Source: Spongospora subterranea f. sp. subterranea (Eukaryota). From it: a stretch of DNA of 64,000 bases. The notes beneath the pieces are model-generated. The model was not told where the DNA came from. It saw nothing but the letters and a program-made list of their open reading frames with translations, and ran no database searches. Below are positions 27,573 to 39,366 of this stretch, piece after piece. Where the stretch lies: contig JAUGWO010000128.1 in NCBI GenBank assembly GCA_049724395.1, positions 186,001 to 250,000 of the forward strand, written 5' to 3'. The translations under genes and the position numbers were made by a program. Numbering within the stretch: the first letter of the stretch is position 1; every line of letters starts with the position of its first letter.

Positions 27573-29416
27573 ATGTCCGACTTTATTATTGACGGAGTTG
27601 CTGTCAGCAAGACGTACAATTGCCTGATTGTTGAGGAAACAATGGATGTTAATGCTTGTTCGTTTACAGTGAATTCAAGCGCCACACGAAACGCCTGGCG
27701 GTTCTTGCCGCCAAAGAAGCTAAGGCAGCAAATGCTGTTGCTATAAATGGAACAGCAACGAAACAAGATGAAGAATCACTGGACCCTCGGCAGTACTTTG
27801 AGCTGAGGACAAGGGCGATGACGGCTATGCAAACTGCCGGCGTCAATCTTTATCCTCATAAATTTTCAGCTGGAACTAGCGTACCTCACGCTGTTGAGAC
27901 ATTTCAACATCTTCAAAATGGGGAGAAAAGCATCTTGATGAATTGATGACGATTGCTGGACGTTTGCACGTCAAAAGGTCTTCTGGCTCCAAGTTATTCT
28001 TCTGTTTGTGCTGGGTCGGTTCTTCTGGGGGTTTCAATGTATTGACGGACATGTATTCTTTCAGATGATCTTCGGGCAGACGGTGCTTCGATTCAGATTA
28101 TTGCGAATCGTCAGGAGTTCGATTGCGCCGAAGATTTTGACCGTGTCAATGGTTTCTTACGTCGTGGGGATCTTGTGGGAGTGTCTGGCCATATCGGCCG
28201 CGCAAACAAAGGGGAGTTGTCGATATTTGCGAAATCCCTTATCGTTCTTGCACCCTGTTTGCACATGCTTCCGTCGTATCATGGCCTCAAAAACCAAGAA
28301 CTAAGATATCGCCAACGTTATCTCGACTTGATTCTCAACAATAATACTCGGAAAGTCTTTCAAATGCGATCGAAAATCATCAATTATCTTCGCCGCTTCC
28401 TCGATGCTCGCGGCTTCTTAGAAGTCGAAACCCCAATGATGAACATGGTTGCTGGTGGTGCGACCGCTAAGCCGTTTGTCACCCATCATAATGATTTGAA
28501 CATGGACCTCTTTATGCGCGTTGCCCCTGAGTTATATCTCAAGCAATTGATCATTGGAGGTCTTGACCGTGTTTATGAAATTGGTCGACAGTTCAGAAAC
28601 GAGGGTATCGATTTGACTCACAACCCTGAGTTCACCAGCATTGAATTCTGTAAAATTGCATCGATTCTGTTTTTTTCAACTGTATTTGACTTTGGCAATT
28701 CAGACTGGGCCTACGCCGATTACCACGATCTTATGGACGTTACTGAGAAGTTGATATCAGATATGGTTCTGGAATTAACAGGTTCCTATCAAATCGAATA
28801 TCATCCCAATTCCCGATCTGACCCTGCGATTACCATCGATTTTACTCCCCCGTTCAAGCGTGTGTCCATGGTAGCTGGCGTTGAGGAAAGTGGTGGCTTC
28901 AAAATCCCTCGTCCTTTGGAAAGCGTTGAAGCGAACGAATTTCTTCAAGCCAAATGTGCGGAACTTGAACTGATTTGCACTCCTCCTGTCACCACTGCGA
29001 GATTACTTGACAAGCTCGTTGGCCACTTTCTTGAGGACTCGATTGTGAACCCGACTTTCATCATTGATCATCCAGGGCTGATGTCGCCTTTAGCGAAATA
29101 TCACCGTGACCAACCTGATTTGACGGAGAGATTTGAATTGTTTGTTTGCGGGCGTGAACTCTGTAATTCATATACCGAGCTGAACAATCCTATGGTACAA
29201 CGTGAACGGTTCGCAGAGCAAAGCAAGGACATCGATGCCGGTGACGATGAAGCCCAAGCGATTGACGAACCATTCTGTATAGCAATGGAATACGGTTTGC
29301 CACCGACCGCAGGCTGGGGGCTTGGAATCGACCGACTCTGCATGTTCCTTACTGATATGAACAATATCAAAGAGGTTCTTTTATTCCCAGCAATGAAACC
29401 TGAAACATCCGAATGA
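27573..29416 (+). CDS. KARS1: Cytosolic lysyl-tRNA synthetase (class II; multi-exon; one apparent +1 frameshift near 27926)
   Basis: [83 protein letters not shown]. Confidence 0.97.
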
Positions 29417-29451
29417 GCCCGACTTTATATACATATCAGTCTATTGTCCTT

Positions 29452-30313
29452 TTATTTTTTTGATGCCACTTTGGATGCTTTAGCGGCTTCGTACTTGCTT
29501 TTGGCTTCATCTAAATCACGGCAAATCGGCCCTGGAATATCTCCTTGGAGAGAAGTTTTCCCTTGTGGTCCTATGCAACCTTTTCTTCCATTTTGAGGGC
29601 CCACTTTATACATTTTACCGGCTTTAAGGTCCTTGATGACCTTTTTCATAGAGCTCTCAGTTAGATCTTCAACATAATCGTCGTTGATCTGAACCATTGG
29701 GGCATTCACACATGCTCCTAAACATTCAACTTCGGTCACGGTAAACATTCCGTCTTCGGTAGTTTCTACAGAAAATCAACAAAAGAATATAGAGCCAGAC
29801 ATCTTTAATTACCTCCACTCTTGATTCCGATCTCCTCATGGATGGCTTTCATAAGGCTTTCCGATCCCTTATTCATGCATGGAGTTGTACCGCACAGCTG
29901 AATATGATATTTTCCAACAGGTTCCCGGTTGAACATGGAATAGAAAGAGCACGTCTCAAAAACCCGAACTGGAGGCACTTCGACAATTCTGGCAATGTCT
30001 ATCATTGCTACAAGTGGGATCCAGTTCTTGTTTTGCCTTTGCGCAATCCATAATAACGGTAAAGTGGCAGACGCTTTGTAATTTGACGGGTATTTTTTAA
30101 GGACTGCAGATATTTCGCCTAAATAATGCGGTTTTAGACCGCCAAGTGATGAAAAACAGTTGCTGAAATTTTACGCTGGGATTCTTCAGTCCATGTCCAA
30201 GGAGTGGAGAGGTTGTTATGGGGAGATTCGCGGTGCTGTGGCAAGGCGGAAAGGTAGCGACGAGCGATCGGTATTGTCGTACGCCATCGAGCCACCAGAT
30301 TTACAGAAGACAT
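29452..30313 (-). CDS. NDUFV2: NADH:ubiquinone oxidoreductase 24 kDa subunit (multi-exon, mitochondrial presequence)
   Basis: FYSMFNREPVGKYHIQLCGTTPC and EVECLGACVNAPMVQINDDY (2Fe-2S ligands); Arg-rich N-terminus. Confidence 0.96.
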
Positions 30314-30578
30314 AATCTTTGTTTGTTATCCCCCTGAAAGGTTCAACAGGCAAAAATCGCCCCGCCCTCTTAATGAATCGGTAACCCTAGGGTGGTGTAT
30401 GTAGCCGCTCATGAGTGAGGTGGCGCACCTACTCCTATGTACAGTACCGCTGGCACCGGCCAGTTATTACAGGGGGGCCGTAGGGTACGTACACGACCCT
30501 ACGGCACTGCAGGACGGCGAGGTTCTGCTCCCGGAGCAGCATGTGCGGGGCCCGCCGCGGCACCTGGTGCCCATCACC

Positions 30579-30985
30579 GTGGATGATGCGCCTCAACCAT
30601 GGCCGCGATCTTCGAGGGCAAGCTCCGGCTTGCTCAAAGGACCGAGTCAGAAATGCAATGTTCATATTGCCGGGGCAAATTCCCAAAAGGCATTAAACTT
30701 CGGTGAATCTAAATACGAAACCCCGTTGAGTGTACTGACTCAAAGCTGTTCTTAGGGGGTTTTTATTTAGATTTACATTTACCAAAGTTTATTGTTTTTC
30801 CCGAGTTTTTAGCCCGGGCAACATGATCCTTTGAGCAAAGCAATCCGTCGCTTGTTATCGGTCTCTCGACGATCGCGGCCGTGGAAGTTGAGGTACATTA
30901 TCCACAAAGACTCCATGAACATTGCATTTCTGACTCGGTCCTTTGACCAAATCAATCCGTGGGTTGTTATCGGTCTCTCGACGAT
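30579..30985. repeat. Short inverted and tandemly iterated repeat cluster
   Basis: 30579-30680 recurs as reverse complement at ~30810-30905 and again partly at ~30915-30985 (e.g. caaaggaccgagtcagaaatgcaatgttcat vs atgaacattgcatttctgactcggtcctttg). Confidence 0.7.
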
Positions 30986-31125
30986 GGAACCCCAGTGTGA
31001 AGAAACGATCCTTATGCTTCAAATGACGTTTGAATGTGTTCTCAAATAAGTGGATTTTCGCAGAAGACAGTCAGAGTTTGCCCAGACGATTGCTTAATTA
31101 AGTATTTATGTACTCTTCGTTTGTA

Positions 31126-31730
31126 TCATGTCTCAGGCTCGCCATAAAATGCAGCGCGAGTCCCCACATAGATGGGCAATAAAACACCCATTCTCGGCAG
31201 AAGGTTGAACGCCAAAACCATATCGCTTTGACCATTTACGATAAATGCCATATAATAGATAACCCTGAACATGGTAATCCCCTCATTGATCTGATCTGAC
31301 ATTGAGTTGAAAGAAATACTGAGTTTGCGATTACTGACAACAATTGATGATATTTTATCCTTATCGATGAATACATGGGATTCCTTTCCGGAAAACGATT
31401 TCCTTGTAATTTGCACCCCCAATTCCTGAACAACAAGCAGGGTTTCTGCCCGAACATCAACGGTAAGAACATTTCGATTTGATATGCGATCATACCTTCG
31501 CAGACCGTTTTCATGAGACTAGTTATGCGCCAAGTCATAAGGCAGATACAGATAATAAGAAATGGATCCGTCAAGATTATGCTCTGGCGACAAGCGATTG
31601 AGATCAGGATATATAAACAGCAGGCAGTGCCGACAACATAATCAACTGTGTCGATTGGCGACCCAATACGGCGAACTGTAAACCTCCTGATGTCTGAAGG
31701 AAGACGCTCAATATCGCATTGCACCTCCAT
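31126..31730 (-). CDS. PIGH: GPI-GlcNAc transferase complex subunit H (3 exons)
   Basis: Two TM helices, then LLVVQELGVQI...FIDKDKISSIV.INEGITMFRVIYYMAFIV...LLPR. Confidence 0.88.
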
Positions 31731-32388
31731 CAGGAGGATTATGTCGCAATATCCGTTAAATGCGCCGTGCGAATATCGGCAAGGACCCAGAGGGCAGTTT
31801 TGGTGCCGGGTTGTTGATCGTCCAGAATCAATGAAATTTTCGCAAATCGGACGTGCGGTATGTTAGAGAGCACCTTCTGCAACAGGAAGTTCTGTTATTT
31901 CGTTCTAACCAAAACAAATAAAAACAGTTCGCCCATATGACATCAGATTGATTGTGTAGAGGTTTCAGTGAGGTCGCTAGTGTAAGTATCGCTTGATTAA
32001 TAATGTGGATTTCTTACAAAACCGCGAGTTTTACCAACCATCCTTGTGTCATTTTGTATTATTATTTTCAGCCATTAATCTGGGAAGTTGCAATCGAAGC
32101 GGTGAATGTGTCGTACCCACACGTTATTGCATATACTTACCACAGAATCGATTTTTTTCACAATCAGTGTTAGCCAGAGGATAAACAGCGACCAGCACCT
32201 GCAGGTGTTTGCCCAATTGGCCGTTATTCAGGGTCTGTTGGGCATTGCTTGGCCCTCCCCCCCACAGGTTGTACTGTAGTAACAGCAACTGTTCCCGCAA
32301 TCATCAGTCCGTGTGTTCAACCACAGACCGAAACTGCTGGATAATCGGGAGTTGGCTGTCTCCTTTTACTTGTTGACAGCCGCATACC

Positions 32389-34488
32389 ATGTCCACCGAC
32401 CAAATCCTCTTCTCGTGTCCGTCTGTTCAATATAAAAAACAATCTGGGCAGCTTCATGTCGCGCCGAACCGAATAATTTTCTTTACAGAATCAAAGCAAT
32501 TGTCAATCAGCCGGGAATCTATAACAGGTTCGATTGCTTTTCTTCTCTTCTCGGATGATAATTCTTGATAGATTGCATTGGTAGTCGTTCAACCTCTTTG
32601 AAGGCACAAGTCGCAACCGCGTCAAAAACCTACGTCTTCGTTTTCGGCGATGGAAAATCTAGAGATGCGTTCTTGTCACATGTCAATTCGACGACACCGG
32701 CTGCTTCCGTTGCGGTTCTTCCAGAAACTCAAACGAAAATATCAGCAACTGTGCAACAAGAACCTATATCTTTCTCTGGAACGTCAGCGGAAGCCCAAAT
32801 CAGGGCATTGCTACTGGCTAGAGATCCAATGCTGCGTCGTGCATACCATGAAGTTGTTCATTATCCCAATGCTGAAATGCATTCTGATATGTTTTGTTAG
32901 GTTGTGGAAGAATCTAAGCTTATATCGTCCGCTGAATTTTGGCGAACGCGCGAGCATTTGTTGGAGTTGGAGAGGCATTCAACACAAGCTCAAAGAGTTG
33001 GTTTATCCTCAGCGATGCTTGCTGCTGTTCAGCCAACAACAAATGTTCAACTCTTTTTTATTTTCTCCATTTTTTCTTCTGAGTTTCTCTCTAGGGAGCG
33101 TCAGCCGGTGTTGTGGCGTATACTTTGAGCAGCGGCGCCATAGTGGAAATTCTTGCAAAACATCCTGCAGTGCGACGCGCATATGAAGAATATGTTCCTG
33201 AACAGTTAACTGAACAAGAGTTTTGGTCCGTTTCTTGGTCAGAAACTGAACTCCGCTTTTAACAATGCGTAAAGGACCAAATATTTTCAGTCGCAGTACT
33301 TTAAGCGTGCCCGTGATCACTTTGTTGGGGCAGTTGCCGAGGATTCCGTTTTGAACCCAATTCACGATATATTCTCCCATTTTGAAGAACAACCTTCCGA
33401 GGGTGATTCCGCAGTATGCAGAAAATCATTGATGATTGAAATTATCTGATAATCGTTTATTCTAGGATCAGTCTTTGAAGCCTGCTGTTACTTTGAACAG
33501 GATGGTGGATTTAAGCCTCAATGAAAGAGAGCAAGAAGAGCAGGAAGGCAAAGGCATATTATCTACTAGAGAGCGGTCAAGAATGGAATTAATCAAGGAA
33601 TTCAATAATCATTCCAAAATCGTTCTTAGTACTGCTGGAAAGCATACTGATACTTCTGAAGTGATTACTGAGAGGTGATTGCATTTATATCTATATGGTG
33701 AACATCGATCATTAATGTCATGTAGAACATGTTTTGAGGCAAATGAGCTTGACCTCACTAAAAGTCATGTAAGCTCCGCTCCCATGCCAGTTCCTCTTCG
33801 CCAGATGGATGAAAGTTTTCGTTTTGTGAAAGCGGAAGCGGCTGAAATATTCAACGATGTATTCAAAAATGGTAGATGCGTCATTGTCATTGAATGACCT
33901 AGTGTTTGTTAGAACAGGGTTATTTCTCATGGGTTTCCTCCAATCTTAACGCAGCTGACACATCAATGCCGGACTACAGACAAAAAATCATCTGCCAAGT
34001 CTGCGTTTGTTATTTTCAACGCAGACCAGCCTGGTACCTAGGCCATTGCGAATTCTCGATTTGAATCATGTTTACGATTGGTTCCAACAGATGAACGAAT
34101 TCCCGATAAAATACTTGAAGCTGTAAAGAGTCGTACTATCAAGGCAACCGAACTGCTGCGCCATTTTTGGTCCTGCTTTCCTCTTACAGCAGAGTAACCT
34201 TACTACCATTTTGATTTCGCAACTTTAGCGAAATGTCGCACGTTCTATGTGATGATAATTCTGCACAGATCGCGCATTCGTATAGATCGCTATGCTCAGA
34301 CACTTACTGTGCTTGACGCTGATATCAAGAAGCTTCGTAGCCGATTGCACGCTGCAAAGTATAGTTTGTTTGTGCCGTTGTTTGATCCAGCAATCAAGAC
34401 CTTACAAGAGGCGGCTGAGAAAAGGGAGCAGCTCACGTCGAAAGATGTCAAATCGATTGTATCCAATAAAAGGTCCCGGCTAGAATAA
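32389..34488 (+). CDS. GTF2H1: TFIIH subunit p62/TFB1 (multi-exon)
   Basis: N-terminal PH-like VQYKKQSG; BSD motifs LISSAEFWRTR..QRVGLSS and HPAVRRAYEEYVP..TEQEFW; ELLRHFWSCFP. Confidence 0.88.
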
Positions 34489-34825
34489 CCCGCCCTACAG
34501 GGTCGTCCGGCAATCTTTGGGTGGCAAGGAGCCAGCCGAGCCCTTGCCACTGGCCGTTGAGCACCCCTCTAGACAGTGTAGCAGTATGAGGCGGCCAGGC
34601 ACCGACCGACCGGCCGACACTGGGTCAATATCAGCTGGCCGGTCGCCGTTCACATCCTCTTTGACCCCCTGTCCACTCTCAGGTATCGAGGGCCCTGTGC
34701 CTGGTCACTTACGATACCCAGTCTGACCGATCCAGCGAGCGGCCTCTCTATTGTCATCATTAATCTAACCAGGTTGGTCTTGATACCATTGGCAAGATTT
34801 CGAACAAAGCCTGGATCCGTGCATA

Positions 34826-36406
34826 ATGCACGTCAAACCGATGTTTAATTTCTTGTTTATACTGATATCTCTAGGGGTTTTATTCGTCATGTCCGATCCT
34901 CGAGTAGATTTTATTCTGGCTACAAAAACTGCCAAAACCGGAATGCCTCAAAGCTATCGCATCGAGCCATCATTTTGGACGTCGATCCGTTCGGAGCCAA
35001 ATGACCCAGAGGCCACGGCGGAAAGGATCATTGCATCATTTGGGCTCAATGTCTGTAATATCAAGCAATTGAGGCGGAATACAGCTCTAACCTCGCCTAT
35101 GCTATATGCAGATCTATGATGGAGCCTGCTTCCAAATCGCTGCCGTTCTTGGTGGTCATGCTGATGTGGCGCGGCGACACACTCTCCGCATGCTCAGTGG
35201 AAGATCTGGCGATATCGATTTGCTAGCAGGACCACCGGCGTTTTCGTATGGAACTATGGCTGCCAAGGTCACCCCTCCAGATCTCCCATACTTTATGAGA
35301 ACCATTACCGATCAATATGTTCATTCCGATCCCTTAACTGGGAAAGCCGTTGATTGGATGGATTGGAAGGTGTGTTTGACACGTTCTCATGTTGTCGAGA
35401 CCTGATATGATGTTCCCAGCCGATAACTGGCGAGAACGCCTGGGCCAACTTAATCGGCCCGTTGCAGTCGCTTTATCTTGCTCGTGGTCAGGAGATGGTT
35501 TATGGCGACCCCGAGATCCAGCTGGCGGTGAGTCGTCTGCAGGTATTCAAAGCAATGCAGAGCCCCATCGGAGGAATATTCTATGCTGCAAATGGCACTC
35601 CAGATGTGGGAGATTATACCGAAGTCTCGGTAGAAAACAACGCCTCCACACTTGCAGGATTAAGGCTCCTTCGAGAAATACTGGAAATGGTTCATGGTCC
35701 GCCCGATAAAATCGCCTTAATCGACGAGATCTGCCACGGGATTGTTTCATTTCTACGCGAGGTCGCGTACGACAAGAAGACGGGAGTTTTCATTCAAGGC
35801 GGGGTCTTAGAGGGGGATAAGCTAATGCCAAGCAATGATTTCGCTGTTGATTGTCAGAGCTGGGGTTTGACGATCTTGGGCCAGGCCGATGTCGACTCGT
35901 GGTTCGGCACTGGAACTGCCTACAAAATCTGGGAAACTACGAAATCTCGAGCTGGGGTTTTTGACCGTCATGGGCGCCTATTGGGTGTTGGCTATACAGA
36001 TGGCCATAAGATCATGTCATCAGAATGGACGTTTGGAGCGATCAACATGTGCCGGGTTTTAGCATCTCAATATGCTAATATCGACGCCAGAATATCAGCA
36101 TCATTCGCTGCTGACGCTAAATCGATGTTCGATGGTGTCCAGTCCCTCAAGGTTCAGCTACCCGATAAGACGGTTTCATATAAATACGCGTCTGAAAGAT
36201 ATTGGATTCCTTTCGGATGGTGGGCGAACCCAGTTCCATCCATGACATCTACCTCTTGTATGATATGTATCTGTGCTATTTGCTCATGGCAGCGCTCTGA
36301 ATTACGTCCTCGTTTTGTAGGGAGCATCATGCTCGATTATGGCGTTAATCCGTTCGTACTTGGCAATGTCATAATCAGAGAACCTAGCCCAGGAGATATT
36401 GAGTGA
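34826..36406 (+). CDS. Predicted secreted protein, possibly six-hairpin (alpha/alpha)6 glycosidase-like, function unknown (4 exons)
   Basis: Signal-peptide-like N-terminus; Trp/acid-rich motifs WMDWKPITGENAW, SVENNAS, FAVDCQSW, SSEWTFGAI, YWIPFGWWANP. The fold assignment is inference. Confidence 0.55.
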
Positions 36407-36628
36407 ATTTCTAGATCAGTATCGTCACTGAAATTATCGGTCATTGTCAATTGCCATCTTTTTATTAAACACGTGATCACATTGGAGATCATATTCAACT
36501 GACCATAATCATGTGTAGTAATACCTACTAATCTGCATGGGACAAGACTGTTTCTATTCGACCATTATTGGTGTGTATCTATGAATAACAACACCAACTT
36601 CATGGTCATTTAGTGAAATGCTCAAACG

Positions 36629-38410
36629 CTATTGTGGCGTATCCGTTAACGGCTGTATTTCGATCTGCCTCAGGAAATCAGCTCTAGTTCTGAAGCACTT
36701 CTTATAACCATGCCAGTCGAGTTTCATCATGGTTCTAGTCCATAGCAGCTGGCCATGGGATATATTGGTTGAGTGCCATAACGGTATCAAGCTCTGAAGG
36801 CCAAGAACCCATGTGTCAAACTAGGAAATGGAAATCGACAGTCAAAAGAAGCAGATCATGAGCAGCGTTGATGATCAGTGAACCTGTTGAGACGAAGAAC
36901 ATTGGATATCGATTGTGTCCTCTGCGTCCGAATACGGCAATAACGAGAAGCAGAGCCAGGGCTTGTCGCTTCCGTCCTTATAATATCGCCTGAACCGTCT
37001 GGTCTGGGGCCCGATCACTATCTGGGCGATCGAGGCCAGGAGCACCAAAGCTGGAACAAACACACCGGTTAGCGATTCCTGTGTCGTGCCACGGAAACAA
37101 TCAGGGAATGTGTCAACATCACTTTGTAATCCTCCTAATCCTGAATGGTGTTTGCTCCATATCAGCGTCTCGCCGCTCTCGTCAACCTTATAGAATCGCT
37201 TATGTGATGTTCCGAATCGATCAAATTTCAATAAATACTCTCCTTTTTGCAGAGTGGTAATCCTCTTGACCTTATTTAGCTCCCTTCTCCGTTCATATTC
37301 CTGATCGGATTCAGTATCGGCCTTGACCTGATATTCGGCCTTCTTCATCGCTGGTTTGAGTAACTTCATCTGATCCATGGCGTAAGCCCACATGGTCTCA
37401 TCAACGACCACCGATCGGCGGTTGTCTGATCTGCCCAATAACATCCCAGATGATCTGGATTTGGTCAACAGATTGCGAACATTATCTGGCAATGGGTTCT
37501 CCTTGCCGCCCACCATCGATTTATCGTTGTCTCGCATGATCTCCTCCCTCAACGCCCCCGATATTGATCGCGTATGAGCGCTGGCGAACGCCATCTCCAT
37601 CTGTGGGGATGCAATAACAGGGATCATCCCAACCTCCCCTCCTTTGCACCATGATATTAACGCCATGATATCTGTATTCCAAGCTCTACAGATATCGGCA
37701 CTCGATGCGCTTAACGATATAACGGCTCGACCACAGGTAATATTGATATTCGACCGAAAATCCTTCTCAGCGTGACAATCTCGTAATTTCATCTTATCGA
37801 TTAGGTTCAGGATCCCCTCGCTGTTTTTTTCTGAGAAGCAGATTACATCTGAGAACAGGTGCACGATCATTGCTTTTCTGCGTTGGAATAGCATCTTTTT
37901 GCATTTAAATAGACCCTCCCTGATGAAAGCTCGAGAAGGTTTCCCTCGTTCCAGGAAAGATACGAACTTTGAATAAACAGCGTCGCTATAGATTCGCCTA
38001 AATGATGAACGATCAGGAAAATCATTTGGAATTAGAACACTGATCTTTGATGATGTATCATCTGATTCGGACCCTCTGCCATCATCACCGAAACTCACCG
38101 CCTTCTTGTTTGCAGACTTTGGAGATTTGATCGGTGTTAGCGATAAACCGATTCCATGAGCTGGCTGGATCGGGCGACCATCCGTTCGAAAACAACTAGC
38201 CGAACTACTTTTGTGCTTATCGATTCTTGATTTGATTCTCGGCGATAGGACTGTATCGGTTGACGATCCTGTTGTTGTCGGGTCCAGAGTCTGGGTAATC
38301 GATCCGAGCCCATTGGTTTTTGGTTCGGATTTGGCAGTTCCACCAGCTTCACTGGTAAGGGGATTGGTACTTTCTGTTCCTGTGTCCCCTGTTTGATACC
38401 CAATTAACAT
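36629..38410 (-). CDS. Protein with two PH-like domains
   Basis: FIREGLF...VHLFSDVICF...AWNTDI (PH) and LQKGEYLLKF..G..HKRFYKVD...LIW...CFSL...TIDIQC...FDTWVLGLQSL (PLC/RLD-type PH). Last exon read by eye. Confidence 0.75.
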
Positions 38411-38518
38411 TATTCGCTTTTGAGATGAACACGCGGACGCGTGCCAAATATCAGTCCAGTCTTACATTCCATCAATAACGGATTGCCATTGGTTTATTGA
38501 CATGATAGAAGCCGATTG

Positions 38519-38703
38519 TGCCGAGAATGAATACTATAAACACATTTACAAAAAGGACTGAGGTGACCGACGTTAGCGAAGCGATGCGCCGGCGACCTAG
38601 TTGTGAGCAAGCGGCTTCCTGGTTGGTTGGGAGCAAGAGGCGGAACGCAGCTGACAGGCGGCCTAGACCTTGATTCTAGACATAATAAAATACGCACTCG
38701 ACA
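38519..38703 (-). mobile_element. 3' LTR (185 bp) of copia-like element
   Basis: Minus strand TGTCGAG...CTCGGCA (6/7 inverted termini), preceded by the purine tract GGAGGAGAGAA at 38705-38715. Confidence 0.7.
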
Positions 38704-38742
38704 ATTCTCTCCTCCAATATCGTCCAACCTCTGGTCTATTAA

Positions 38743-39361
38743 TCAACGATGGCAGGTAGCTCTGATCTCAACGTTGCTCCAGGCCGGCGAAGTTGAAGCC
38801 ACCAGGCTGTGAGGCTTCTCGTCATCGACGAATATGATCATGACCTTTCTCCTCGGCATTTCCACCGGGCTTTGCATCATGACCTCGACGATGGCAGCGT
38901 ATTGACTGTTGTGCTGAAAGGACAGACATGTCGTTGTCATGAAGTCCATATTCCCGATCCTGGAACCCGTCGCAGCATCCCGCCGAGGTGCCGCTTCCAT
39001 CAGCGCCTCCAGGTGCTTGGCCATAAACACGTCGCCACCCAGCTACTTGTTCCGATACTCCAGCGAATACCAGAAGGCCGCTCGTGCGTCTTGCGCTCGG
39101 TGTGTTTTCTTCAGGGATGACAACACTTCCAGGGCGGTTGTGCAATAGTACACGTGCGGGTACTGAGCCTCTGAGAGTGCTTGGATCAGGATCGAGAAGC
39201 AGGCTGTTTTAAATGTCGCCGACGTATCACCTACCAGGGCGTCCGGCAGGTTGAACTGCAGCAGGTGCGCTGTGAACGCGAACTCGAACTGGGCCCGATT
39301 TGCGTCATTCAGCTTCGTCCTACGAAACGCCGATGTCCGCGTCATATCTGGGCCCATAACC
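38743..39361 (-). mobile_element. Ty1/copia gag remnant with primer-binding site; pol deleted
   Basis: GGTTATGGGCCCAG (39348-39361, identical to the copia-type half-tRNA-iMet PBS) then ATG at 39345. UBN2-like gag LNDANRAQFEFAFTAHL...TALEVLSSLKK has an in-frame TAG at 39043 and ends TCHR* at a broken Zn knuckle. Confidence 0.8.
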
Positions 39362-39366
39362 TGAGA

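Noticed and set aside
27915..27946. Programmed frameshift or pseudogene in lysyl-tRNA synthetase
   Set aside because: One extra base in a G/A homopolymer; removing it restores [15 protein letters not shown]. Most likely a consensus sequencing error, which read pileups would confirm.
28650..28703. Insertion [18 protein letters not shown] in KARS1
   Set aside because: It is an in-frame 54-nt GT-AG intron.
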